Shown here piece after piece: positions 48,282 to 61,629 of a stretch of DNA of 64,000 nucleotides; positions within the stretch are counted from its first letter, which is position 1, and each line of letters begins with the position of its first letter. The stretch spans positions 46,810,001 to 46,874,000 of the forward strand of contig OZ024741.1 of the NCBI GenBank assembly GCA_964016885.1, given 5' to 3'. Position numbers and translations under genes: made by a program. This stretch comes from Eledone cirrhosa. Lineage: Eukaryota. The notes beneath the pieces are model-generated. The model was not told where the DNA came from, searched no databases, and saw nothing but the letters and a program-made list of their open reading frames with translations.

Positions 48282-51200
48282 TCTATATATATAAAAGCGA
48301 GAATGTGTGTGTCTGTGGACAACTTTGGACAGCTAAGGCTTTTACAATTCCCAACCGAATTTGACCAAATTTTCTGTGCACGTTGCACCTGTCGTTAAGA
48401 TGATCACATCACAAACAATTTTCAAATCGACCCACGTTGAGCAATAAAAAAAATCGATAGCAAAATTATTTTCTCTAAAGTGCATGATGTAAGGTAGAAA
48501 TCAATCAAACAAAATCCTTATGGGACTTTCCATTCAAACTGTTGGGACCTACAACTTTTCAGCTGTAGCTTGCACATTTTTTTGTCACTCGCGACAAAAT
48601 TGTAGGTGTTTATTCTCTGCACTACAAGGCTCTTCAGCGAGCATCGATTTTCTTCAAAGTCACATGCCTGTGTCAGCAAACCCATAAAAACTAAATCCTT
48701 ATGGGATTTTCCATTCAAACTTAAAATTGCAATAACTTTTACATTTTACAAGTAAATTCTACCAAATTTGAGGAAGGAATTATCTCTGCTACCTTGGTAA
48801 TGTGAGCAAATTATTTTATGAAAAAGGTGTACTATAAGGGAGATAACAATGAAGACAAAATCCTTATGGGATTTTCCATGCAAATTAAAAGTTGCAATTA
48901 CTTTTACATTTTTCGAGCTTTTTTACCAAATGTGAGGCAGGCATTATCTATGCTTCCAGGATATTGTGAATTTATTTAAAAAACCTATTATTACAATGAA
49001 GAAATCAGTTAAAACAAAATCCTTATGGAATTTTTTATTCAAACTGTTAGGAGTAATCATTTTTACATTTTTCAAGTAATTTCGACCAAATTTGATGTAT
49101 TCAGTTAATATGCTGTCAACATAATCGAAAGTCTTTAATAATAAATGCGGTGAGTACAGTTATTGCAACATCTTTGTCCGCCGCTGAGCGTCGGTTAGTG
49201 CGGCGAACCAATACTGCTAAAGCAGCTGCTGCAGAGACTACAGAGCAACGTGAAACACGCCTTGCTAGAGATGCTACAGCTACTGCAAGATCTGCAGAGA
49301 CAGTACAAAAATATGAAACACGCCGTGCGTGTAATGCTTCAGCTACTGCTGCAGCAAGAGCAATTGAGACAATAGAACAGCATGACACACGCCTTATGCG
49401 TAATGCTTCCGCTACTGCTGCAGCAAGAGCAATTGAGACTGAGCAAGAACATGAAAGTCGCCAATTGAGAAATGCTTCAGCTACTGCTACGGCACAAGCT
49501 GTAGAGACTGTAACAAATCGAGCTATTTGGCAGGAGGGAACGCTCAACGTAGAGCTTTATCGCGGGGTATTTCAAAGGCATCACGCTCACGATGGTACCT
49601 TAAGGCAGTTAATTATGACCCTAATGTAAACTATCAAATCCATCCTGGTATTCAAATATATGCCATGTCAAATACTTGCCAACATTGTAAAGCTAAAAAG
49701 TTGTTGGGAGAATCGGCTGGAATGTGCTGCTCTAATGGTAAGGTTAATTTGCCCACCCTTAGGGAACCACCACAACCTCTTCAGATGCTTCTAACAGGTA
49801 AGCATTCACAATCACGTGATTTTCTGAAGCATATCAGACAGTACACCATTGCGTTTCAAATGACCTCTTTCGGTGCAAAACGTCTGAAGGAAGATGGATA
49901 TATCCCGACTTTCAAAGTACAGGGCCAGGTGTATCATTTCACTGCAACCGCTGCCTACTGAAGAGCCTCAATTTTTACAGGTTTACATTATCGTTAACTG
50001 TCATCAGCAAGCAGATAGACGGCAATCGTACACTTCAGACACTAAACTGGAACTCTTGATTGACCTCCAAGACATGCTTCACTCTAACAATAGCTACAGA
50101 AGCACCTTCTTTAGAAGAAGCACCTTCGCCACATTACGATATCGTCATTTATGCTGATGAGAGACCGTCTGGGGAGCATGCGGGCTGGTATAATGCACCT
50201 ACTTGTAATGAGGTAGGCATCATTATTAGTGGAGAGCAGCACAACAAGAGAGACATCATTATCAAGCGACGAGACAACAGCCTTCACAGAATAAGTGAAA
50301 CCCATCGATCTTACGACGCACTCCAGTATCCGCTATTATTTGTTTATGGTGAGGATGTAATACCATTTCGGAATTCATCAAATTAATTCCACAAACCAAG
50401 ATGAGCATACCACGAAAATTATCACGTGCATGGATTTTTACGTTTTCCGATTCATGATCCGCGACAACTGCTTCAACCAGCTGCACCGATCACAAGACCT
50501 CTTCAAACAATTTTGCAGTTGACATGTTCGCAAAAATGGAGTCCGAGAGATTATGCTTCATTCGACTTAATCAGAAACAACTTCGCTGTGACAGTTACAT
50601 TCACCTTCGTGATGGAATGAACAATTATGCAGATCCTGATAGTATTGGACTGTTGTGCATCCTACCTTCATCTTTCACAGGAAGTCCTCGATTCTTTTTC
50701 GAAAAAGTTTAAGATGCTTTAACTATTGTGCGCCTTTTCGGTAAACCAGATTTGTTTATTACTTTCACTTCAAACCCAAAATGGAAGAGATTCAGAAAGA
50801 ACTCTTCCCAGGTCAAAAAGCCACAGCCTGGCAGGATCTTATTGCCAGAGTTTTCCATCTTAAGTTAATTAAGCTCATGGAACTTATCAAAACGGGTGAA
50901 ATCTTTAGCCCAGTACAATGTGACATGCTTACAATTGAGTGGCAAAAACGAGGCTTGCCACATGCCCACATTCTGATCTGGTTAAAGACAAAACTTAGAT
51001 CAGATGAAATTGACAATGTCATTTCTGCTGAGTTTCCGGATCCGGCAATTGACAGGGACTTTTACCAAAAAGTTAAAACACACATGGTGCATGGCCCATG
51101 TGGACATGGACTTCACAACAACCTACCGTGTGTTAAGGACAAGTCTAGGTGCTTAAAGAAATTTCCCCGACAGTTCCTTAAGGACACTCAGACTGGTCAT

Positions 51201-54200
51201 GACGGATACCCACTATATCGCCGGAGAAGACCTGAAGATGGTGGATTCACAGCAAGTGTTGGCAAACATGAGGTTGACAACAGATGGGTTGTTCCATATA
51301 ATCCACTCCTTATAAAGATTTTTGATGCACACATAAACGTAGAATACTGTAATTCGATTAACTCTATAAAATACATTTGTAAGTACATTAATAAAGGCTC
51401 TGATGCTGCTACATTTGGATTACTTCGGGAAAACAGCCGAAATGAAGTGGCCCAGTACCAAACTGGAAGATACATTAGCTCTAATGAAGCGTTCTGGCAG
51501 ATTTTCGGATTTTTTATACATTAACGGCATCCTGCTGTTCAAAAACTCCAAGTGCACCTGGAGAACGGTCAGAGAGTATATTTTACAAATGCATCAGCTG
51601 CTCAGTTAGCACAAGAACCAAAGGATACTACTCTTACCGCTTTCTTTAAACTATGTCAAGAAGATCCATTTGCTAAAACCTTACTATATCCACAAGTCCC
51701 ATCTTACTATACCTGGGACAAAAATACATGGAAGCGAAGAAAAACAGGACAGTGTGTCGAAGGTTATCCGGGCACCAAGTTCAACAAGTGCTTGGGCAAA
51801 GTTTATACTGTGTCCCCAAACCAACACGAGTGCTCCCATCTTCGCATGCTACTACATGAGGTCAGAGGACCTACCTGCTTTGATGATCTCCGAACGTTCG
51901 ACAGACAAGTTCTTCCAACATACACAGAGGCATGTTTGAGGCGTGGATTGCTGGAAGATGGTTCGCAGTGGGATGCAACGATGGCAGAAGTTGCTCTTTC
52001 CCATTCACCTGGCAGCCTGTAGATCACGCCACCTAGCTTTGACTTTGGAGGCAGTCGATTAACTGCCCTTAGTTCTGACGTCAGTAGCTGAATACACTCT
52101 CTTTTGGCGCCTTCCTTCGAGCTGACAACACTGAAGACTAGCATGTTAACTTTTCTCTGACCACCTATCATGGATCTGGACTATACCTAATTATGTTCGA
52201 GAATATTTGTTTACAACAATTATAACATGGAACTACAATAAAATGGAGACCATCTCTCCTAAAGTGGTTGACCCCGACGTGATGCCTTACACAGCCTTCT
52301 AAAAAAGACTTCTAAAAACTTCTAGAGAAACATAGAAAAAAAAGATTTGACGAAACTAATATTTTATTTCTTGCAACTATGCGAAAATAACTAAATTGAA
52401 AATTGTTCGTTTAACACAAAAAAAAATTCACAATGGCTGACTGGTCCGCCAATTTTCCTGCCAATTGTCTTTCTTCTCCGAAATGCAGCCATCTGATTGG
52501 CTGAGATACATCATGTGATGCCATCTCCTCCAATTAAAAAAAAAAAAAAAAACATTTAATTTTTCTGCCTTGAATTGTGACTTGTCGATTCCGGATTTTG
52601 CATTTCTTCTTTCTTCATGGATGTTGAAGGAAATTTGTGTAGTTTTCCCGTTGTTCCAAACATCTAACACTCGTTGCATTTCTTTACTTGGATATCATTT
52701 AGTATTTTTTATGTGGAACTGATACATGCTAATGATGAGTAGTCCTAATTTACCTGCTTCTTCAATTTAAAACCAGCCTGTCTCGACACGCGAGTATGCC
52801 ATGTTAAAAGCTATTGACGCTTTGACGCAGCAAGTCGCTCGGTTATGCAGGAAGAATAGGCGGTATTCCCAGCAGCCTAGGAGTCGTTCGCGTTCTTTTG
52901 CGACTCTACATCGGCATACTACTTTGCCCGCCAGCAATCCATTATTTTGCTGGTATCATGCCACCTTCGCGGAGAAGGCAAAACATTGCCGGCCTCCATG
53001 TAAATATTCAGCTTCGGGAAATGTAGATCAGAGTCACTAAAGGCGGCAAGTGAACTCTGCGAGAGACAACAGAACCGCCATTTCTTCATAGAGGACTACC
53101 TGCTTCTAATGGAATGGTGGAGCGCTTCCACCGACAACTAAAAGCCGCTCTACGGACTTCTCCTGACTATGCGTTATCTGATCCTCTATCCTTGTGGATG
53201 AAATATAGGGATGAACTAACAGACGACTACAGACACCAAGCACAATTGCTGCTTCCAGAAATAGAGGTCGGCTTTAGTAATGTATTATACAACAGAGCTC
53301 TCATTGATATTGAGGACAAGTTAACTCTGATTGGAGGAAAGGTTTTATGTGACTACGGTTTACCAGAAACTCATCGCATGGACTCAAACAAACTTCCCAC
53401 AGATATCATACAGGAGACTTCTTATGACATCCATGATCTCGGCCTCTACGTCACAGATAATGAGCCAAAACTTCTAGCTGATCAGCGACTGACTTATACC
53501 ACCATTACTGAATCGGTATTTCAAAGAAGAGGTGGCATATTTTTCCTCGATGCTCCAGGGGAGACAGGAAAAACTGTTGTTACTAAACCTCTTCCAAAGG
53601 ACATAGCAATAGCAGTTGCGTCCTCTGGAATCGCAGCAACTTTGCTCCCTGGTGGAAGGATGGCACATTCAGTTTTTAAATTGCTCCTTGATTTGGCAAA
53701 ATTGGAAACTCCTACTTGTCATATCACCAAAGACTCCGAAAGGGCTCATCTGCTGCGAAGGTGTCACCTTATTGTTTGGGTGGAGTGCACAATGGTGTAC
53801 AAAGGTGCTCTTGAAGCACTAGACAGATCTTTGCAAGACATACGGGATTGCAGTGATGTTATGGGGGGTGTCACCCTTCAGCTATCAGGAGACTTCAGAC
53901 AGACTCTTCCTATAATACCGAAAGGAACAATAGCAGATGCGGTAAATGCATGTCTTAAGTCTTCACCATTGTGGCGACAAGTGACATCATTAAGACTAAC
54001 TACCAACACGAATGCAAGATTGGGGACCCTCTGTCATCAACATTTTCTGAAGACATTCTTACAATAGGAGATGGTAACCTACCTCCGGATACAGATGGAC
54101 ACATAGTAATTGATCACACTGCAATGTAGTTGAAACTGTCGATGTTCTCAAGGTGAGTGTATTCCCGAACTTGCGTGATAACTATACAAATCTTGATTGG

Positions 54201-54803
54201 CTATGCGAAAGAGCCATTCTTGCACCCAAAAATATCACGGTTAGCTGTATTAACGATCAGCTTCTTCAGCTTCTTCTTGGATGTCCATGGATATATAAAT
54301 CTATTGATACTGTATGAGATCCACAGGATGCGGTCAATTATCCAGTTGAATTTCTAAATTCTTTAAATCCTTCCAGTTTACCTCCTAATACATTGGTTCT
54401 GAAAGAGGGAACGCCAGTTATTTTGCTGAGAAATATCAATCCTCCAAAACTATGCAATGGTACACGCCTTGTGGTTAAAAAACTGTCTCCACTTAGTATT
54501 GACGCTACCATTCTATCCGGATGTTGAAAAGGCGAGGATGTGATAATAACAAAAATTAGCCCGACTACATCTGGCGTGGATACTCCCTTCTTTCGCCGAA
54601 CCCAATTTCCCCTTCGTGTTGCCTTTGCGATGTCCATAAACAAGTCGCAAGGTCAAATTCTGTCCGTCGCTGGAATTCACTTGGATGAACCTTGCTTTTC
54701 GCACGGACAATTCTACATTGCCTGTTCACGAGTTGGCAGTAGAGATAATCTCTTTGCGTTTGTTCCAAAAAGAAAAACAAAGAATATCGTCTATCCTGAA
54801 GGT
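48282..54803 (+). mobile_element. Canonical Helitron (5' A|TC end, decayed RepHel), interrupted by a Gypsy remnant; 3' end replaced by a PLE
   Basis: A|TCTATATATATAAAAG, 23-aa repeats, CCSNGKV, EWQKRGLPHAH, KYICKY, DAPGETGKT, GDFRQ, NKSQGQ. Closely related to 32013-37552. Confidence 0.9.
52018..53160 (+). mobile_element. Gypsy LTR-retrotransposon remnant: putative LTR, tRNA-Trp PBS, gag and integrase scraps
   Basis: TGTAG...CTACA (52018-52237); TGGTTGACCCCGACGTGAT (52265-83); gag CWYH..F...A..C..PC; integrase ASNGMVERFHRQLKAAL. Confidence 0.75.
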
Positions 54804-56400
54804 TACGGATCTCGTCAGACTGTACCACAAAACATTCCCAAACCTCCGCGGCGGGCTGTATCGGGACGACGCTTTATTCACTCTTGAATATAAAAGGCAC
54901 AATATTGAACGAACCAAGAAAGACCTGCATAGATTCTTTAAAAGTTTCAACCTTAGTATTACTATAGATAAGAATAATAAAACAGTTAACTTCTTAGATG
55001 CAACCCTAGACTTAAAAAATAAAACATTCGCACCATACCATAAACCTAATGAAAAAGTAACCTATGTAAATGCCAGCTCCAACCATCCTAAATCGGTCCT
55101 AAACGCTATTATTAAAGGAGTTTCAAATAGAATTAGCAGGCTATCATATAGTGAGAATGCATTCAACTCCAATGCTGGATACTATAATGAAACCTTAGCA
55201 AAATCCAGTTATAAAAATAAGCTATTTTATATACCCAGCAACTTCCAAACCACCTATACTAGGCTAAATACTATAATCACACACAATATGTCTATAAATA
55301 ATAATCGTAATAGAAATAGGAGTAAATAATCCAGCCCGGCCAAAGCCATATAGGCACACCAACAACCTGCCCAATACCAATGGCAGTAATACTAATAACG
55401 GTGTGATGGGAGTTAAAGATAGAAACCAAGGAAATGGAAACGACAATGGCACTGGTAGTAACCTAAATAACGCAGCACAGCCGCATCAAGTAAACCATAA
55501 CAATAATAACCCTCTAAATAGGAGAAATAGGAAAAATAGAAGAAGGAAAAACACTTATTTCAACCCACCTTATAACTCCGAAGTCCTTACCAACCTTCCT
55601 AGAATATTCTTCTCGATACTAGAAAAGAACTTCCCGCCAGGCAGTAGATATCACAGTATTATTAATAAAAATACAATTAAATTATCCTATTCTACTACAC
55701 CTAATCTAACCTCACACTTACCACGCACAAATAATAGGAAAATTAGGGAAGGTTTTGAGACCATCAGATCTGCAAATAACCACCAACCACCTAACCCACT
55801 GTGAAATGGGTTGCCTGATGGAGGTAATGACCCACCAAATGCACGAGTAATGCTTCGGGATAGTGCAAACAGCCACTCGTCCCGACGCATGTTGAATGAC
55901 ACAACCCGCAACTGTAATTGTAAGCGGAGAGATAGTTGCCCTCTCAAGGGCTACTGCCTCATGAAAAATATAGTCTACGCTTGTGACGTCACAACACCTA
56001 CCTCTACCAAAACCTACATTGGTTCAGGATCCACATCGTTTAAAATGAGATATAACTCACATAGAGGCACCTTTAGGCATGATAGGCTTAAGAATACAAC
56101 CTCGTTGGCAGGCTATATTTCCGTTTTAAAAAAAGCCGGCACCTCCTATACTCTTAATTGGAGACAGGTGGCTAAGTCTGCACCTTATCGCCCACCGAGC
56201 AAAATGTGTAACCTGTGCCTTCTGGAATCTCAAGCCATAGTTTACTCCAGAAAAAACCTGCTCAATAGGAAATCTGAGATATTTTCCTCCTGTCCGCACA
56301 TAATCTTAAGTTCTTTCTTCTATTTTAAGCCGAGTATCTAGATAAGCCGTTCTTAGGTTATTTTTCTTTTTCTTTAGCACTCACTTATCTTTTTCTTTAG
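54804..56400 (+). mobile_element. Naiad-type PLE fragment (RT C-half + GIY-YIG)
   Basis: GLYRDD, NFLDATL, YFNPPY, CNCKRRDSCPLKGYCL, YIGSGSTSFKMRY, CNLCLLE. Confidence 0.88.
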
Positions 56401-57539
56401 CACTCATTTATCTCTTCAACTTGCATGCCCCTTAATGTCCCGCATCCAACTAGTATGAAGGGGGCCCCAACTTCGATCTCGCTGGATTTGACCTGGAGTT
56501 TGAGGAATGGTACATTTTAGTGTGGTAAGATCACCCTGCATTTACAGAGATCAATTAAAGTAGGAATACTGCTAACAGTGGTATATATATGGGTCCCAAA
56601 AGAATTGCTGCCATAGCAGACTCTAGTGATTATTACTGTCTCGTACTATGAGTGAACCCGACATTGATGCCATAACTGGCCTCAGTGTGGGTAAACAACT
56701 CATACCGGGGGGGGGGGGGGGGGGGGGTATTTGCTATTGTGTTAGCGGGTTTGGTCAAAATGGGTACAATCTAGAGTTGTCCCCTTATCGCGGAATGATT
56801 TAATCTGTATCTTCGTAAATAGACAGCCATACTGACCTCCCTTATCCTTCCCCCAAGGGAATGGCCAGCCTGCTAGGAGCGTTATGATGTCCACTCGAAA
56901 TGTTTACTACGTCATCATATTCTGAGTGTTGATCTTTGAATGTGGGCAAAGTGAAGAACACAGAAGCGCTGGAATGCTGTAAACACTGGAATTAAACGGT
57001 CAATTGATTTGATTTAATTAATTAAATTAGAACATATTGGATTACCATTGTACGAGGTTGGAATATAGTAAGCGATACTGTGGATGTGCTGAGTGTACCT
57101 TACAGCTTGATATGTATAATTACATCTATACTTGTATGACTTGGATAATTTAGGTCATTCGTTACACCACGTGGTATGCTGGGAAAGTTAGGATTGCATG
57201 GATTCACAACCCCATAGCTATGATGCGGAGGTATTGATCCCAACATGAGACTGGAGTGGATGGTTTTGTAGTCGTAAGGGGTAACACGGACGAATGGAAC
57301 ACGTAGATACATGTATGTATGTATGTATGTATATATATATGAGTGTGTGCGTATGTACAAGGGTCTATGTATACTTACATACAAACACACACAAACTTTA
57401 TATTCTACTGATATCCATGATGATTGCTTTCACCTGCTTCCACTACACTTTGCTTTAGCGACCTAAATCAATAATGCTCCATGAACAAAACTCACAATAT
57501 CCTCTACAAATCAAACAAAAAGCAATAAATCAAAAACTA

Positions 57540-57960
57540 ATACAATTCAAAAATCTACTAAACAATTAGTTCACACCCATAATAACAATCACAATGTTAT
57601 AATTTCATCTGATAACAATATCTACCCTCAAACTTCTATACATACCCAATATAACAAGAGGAAACCTTTTAGAAACCATAAAAGAAATGTAACATGGTAT
57701 AACGCTCCATTCGACTTGCAAACTATGGGCCAAATCCCTAAAAGATTTTTTACAATTCTCGATAAGCATTTCCCACCTAACCACAAATACCATCAAATCT
57801 TAAACATAAATACAGTAAAATTTTCTTACTCCACATCAAGCAATATACAACAAAAAAATAAGTGCATATAACATCTATAAATGTAAAAAAGCTCCATCTA
57901 TACCACACACAAGATAACTATGGTAATACTACAAGGCATAACCGGAATATTACTGCATAC
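57540..57960 (+). mobile_element. Short decayed PLE fragment
   Basis: KRNVTWYNAPF and KHFPPNHKYHQILNINTVKFSYST. Confidence 0.7.
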
Positions 57961-58377
57961 CCACCTGAAAGATCCACTCACTCACCTCACCAGCACAATA
58001 TAGTAGTCCCCAAAGTGGACTGTCCACCAGATCCTCTACTGGTTAGGAGTCAGCAAAACCACGTTTTTTAAACTTCATTTTATGTCTGCCATATACTTAG
58101 ATTTGGGGGCCTCTGTATATATATACGCACTTGTGTGTACATACATATACGCATCTGTATGGATTTGTGTGGGGGGGGGGGGGTGTATGTACAAGTCAAC
58201 CAACATAAGTCTTTTTATATGTAAACTTTCTAAGTATTTGACTAACCATAATTTTCAGTATTACCACCCCACATTAATTCCTATAGGTACGATAGAACTT
58301 TCACGTTTAATCTTGTTTTTTTTTCTTCATAATTTCCCTCCTGTTTGCACCCAACCCACCTATCACTCTATCCACAG

Positions 58378-61202
58378 ATGAATCGAGCTAAAGAAAGTGG
58401 TGCTGCCTTTAGAAAAAAGAGAAAGACAAGAGAGAAATTATTGAAAAAGTATAAAGGGGCTTTATTGAAATACATCACTCTTAAAGAAACTACTACTACT
58501 GAACCTGAACCAAAAAAACTTTATGAAGCCAAACCACTGTCAAATTCAAGAGATTCAACTTCAAGTGATTTGTCAATTTCAACTCCTTCAAATTAGAAAG
58601 AACATGAGGGAGAAAATATCCCAGAACCAGATGTGAACAGAGTTGACATAAAAGATGTTGGCCTGTGGCCAAGAAAGATTAGCAATGATACACGAATCTT
58701 GCTGGTACATCAAGGTGCGTCTGTGGTTCAAAATCTAGATTCACATTTTGGTGAAGTAATTCGTCAAGGTGTGTCACTCAAAGGACAAAGTAGAAATCTA
58801 TCACGGGAATGGTTTTTTCGAACTCTGCCAAATGGCGAAAGAAGGTTGAGATCACGGATGGTATACTCCCCTTCCAAGAAAGCTCTTTACTGTTTTTGTT
58901 GCAAGCTGTTTTCAGACAGAAGTAACTCAAAATTTAATTCTGAAGATGGATTCAACATATGGTGGAAACTGAATCCTAGAATATCTGCGCATGAATCCAG
59001 TGCACCTCACGTTCTGAATTTCACAAAATGGAAGGAGTTGGAAATTAGGATAGCACGCGGAGAAACAATTGATAAAAAAGAACAAAGAGTTGTTGAAAAT
59101 TGAAGTGGAAGGAAATCCTTTCAATATTACTTGATATTATTAGATTCCTAACTAAGCAGAATTTGGCTTTACAGGGTCACCGAGAAGGATTGAATTATGA
59201 GAAAAGCGAGACTGACGTTGAACTTGAAGCAACGGAAAATAGAGGAAATTTTTTAGAGCTAGTTCATTTGTTGGCAAAATATGATCCTGTGCTACGTGAA
59301 CATCTAAGAATCCAGCTGAGAAACAAGTTTGCTATTTCTTATCTGTCTCCTACTATCCAGAACGAGTTTATAGAAATTTTGGGAGAAAACGTAAGAAGGA
59401 AAGTCATCCAGTAGGTGAAAGAAGCCAAGTACTTTTCCATGATATTCGACAGTACTCCTGATATTTCACATAAGGATAAACGAGCCAAGTTTTTCGCTAT
59501 GTTATGATCGATGGAGAGAAAGTGAAGGTTGTAGAATCATTTGTCGATTTCATTGAAACAAAAGGTAAAACCGCAGAGAATATTTATTACAACAATGATT
59601 TTGGAAAAATTAGAGAAAGACGGAATTGACATTCAAAATTGTAGAGGGCAATCATATGATAATGCTGCGGTGATGGCTGGTGTACATACTGGTGTTCAGA
59701 AACGTATCATTGAAATTAATCAAAAAGCAGAATTTGTCACTTGTACAAATCAGTCGCTGAACTTGGCTGGTGTTCATGCAGCTTCTGTTGCTGTGAATTC
59801 TGTTACATTTTTTGGATATGTGGAACGTTTTTTTGTATTTTTTTCTTCATCAACTCATCGTTGGGATGTTCTAACTTCAGTCACTGGTCAAAGTGTCAAG
59901 CGCATGATAGAAACTTGGTGGAGTGCAAGGAGAGAAGCTGTAAGTGTTATCAAGAAACATTTCTCAGAAATATTAAATGCCATAGAAAAGTTAACTGGTG
60001 AAGAAGAAAATTCAGCTACCAGAGCAGATGCTGGTGTTTTACTTTGTGTGTTGCAATCATTGTCCTTTTTGTGCTTTCTTGGCTTCTGGGAACCTGTCCT
60101 TCTAGAAATTAATGACACACAGTATTACCTCTAAACCAAAGGATTGAACATATAACAATGTGATATAAAACTCAGGGCCTTAGAAACATTTCTAGTTGAA
60201 AACAGGGAAAAGCTAGTGAGTAATGGAATTAACTATGCCAAAGAAATTTGCAATGATCTGGGGATAGTCATGGAGCGTCAGCGTCGACTCAAAAAGAAGA
60301 AACATATGTTTGATGAAGGATCACGAGATGCTGATTTGCCATACGACATTGAATTAAGGAGAGAAATGTTTTGTTCGCTGGATAGAGTAATTCAAGAAAT
60401 AACTTTGAGATTTAAACAACTCCATGAAATTACTGAGAAATATGCCTTCCTTACTCCGTTGAATCTTTTGGATGATAAATATGAGTGCCAAATGAATCAC
60501 GATCACGACGAAATTGATAAAGAGGAGTTCCTCGTTGAGAGAAAAAGACTTCAGAATTTTATTGGTGTTGCTGCTATTCAAAACGAAATACAGACTTGGA
60601 AAGAAGGACCTCTTGAACTTTTGCTGTTTATTCAAAAGTATAACCTTGGAAACTCGGTTCCAAATATAGTAATAATGCTGAGGATTTTTCTCATAATTGC
60701 TGTTAGTATTGCTACCTGTGAGAGGAGATTTTCTAAACTAAAACTGATCAAGAATTACTTAAGATCTACTATGAGTACCTTGCGGTTGAGAAATCTTGCC
60801 ATGCTGTCTATAGAGCAACAATTGACAGATGAAATAGTTTTGACAATCTCATTGAAGAATTTGCCAACAAAAAAGCAAGAAAAGTTACTTTGTAGAAAGT
60901 CGTAGTTTTAATTTTAAAAATAATCATGGTCTTTTTTTCACTTTTTTCCCTATATTTCACTTTTGCTTCTTTCAAGATTAGGATATTTGTACCCCTGACG
61001 ACAAGTAGGGGTGTCTATAGAAAGAGACGCTAAACCTTTGAGTATGTGAAAGTTGTATTATGATGGTACACAAAATAGCTAATATAAATATTAAGAATTT
61101 AAGAGGGAGTCACTGTACAATATGTTGTTTTTTTGTGGCGGGCCCAGGGGGGAGCAAACTCACAAGATGCCCTGGGCGAAACACTCCCTAGCTACACCAC
61201 TG
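58378..61202 (+). mobile_element. hAT transposon (ZMYM1/Tip100-like; TTF zinc finger, DUF4371-like region, hATC dimerisation), decayed, 3' TIR present
   Basis: YCFCCKLF, ALQGHRE, GNFLELV, FDSTPD, GQSYDNAAVMAG, ERRFSKLKLIKNYLRSTM. Ends CTAGCTACACCACTG (reverse complement CAGTGGTGTAGCTAG). Confidence 0.88.
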
Positions 61203-61629
61203 TGTGTCGTGTGTGGAAATAAGAGGGGAAGGAAAGCAATAACTATTAACATGTGTGCGTGTGTATGTATGTGCGTGTATGTTTATGTGTGCGTTCCACA
61301 GAAAGTAAAAACTATCAACGTGTGAGTGCGTGTGTATGTGTAAGTGCACAGGTGCGTGTGTAAGTGCACAGGTGCGTGTGTAAGTTTGCATGCATGTGCG
61401 CGTTTCCATGCGTGTATGTGTGTGTACGTGCAGCGTTCTACAATCGCCACGCAGTTTATCTGTGTGTGCCTGTTTGTCAGTCTAACATACAGAGTTGTGA
61501 TGGGAGTAAATAGGGACCTTTTGTTACATTGACGGACATCTTTTATATTTATTATTGTGTCATTTTTTTTGACAATTGCTTGAAATGAATACTGATAATA
61601 AAAGCAATTTGATTTTATCAAACAGTGAA

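Noticed and set aside
55802-55804. In-frame TGA in a Naiad-type PLE, as a possible selenocysteine codon (some Naiads encode selenoproteins)
   Set aside because: It lies in a low-complexity linker, not at a conserved Cys position. All Zn-finger cysteines are TGY, I could not identify a SECIS, and the copy has other lesions.
56576-56593. CAGTGGTATATATATGGG as the 5' TIR of the 58-61 kb hAT
   Set aside because: Only a weak match to CAGTGGTGTAGCTAG, no matching 8-bp TSD, and PLE sequence intervenes.
60991-61012. CTGACGA inside a hairpin (ACCCCT..AGGGGT), as a possible hammerhead
   Set aside because: No correctly placed GAAA/UH or three-stem topology; it is a simple hairpin in the hAT subterminal region.
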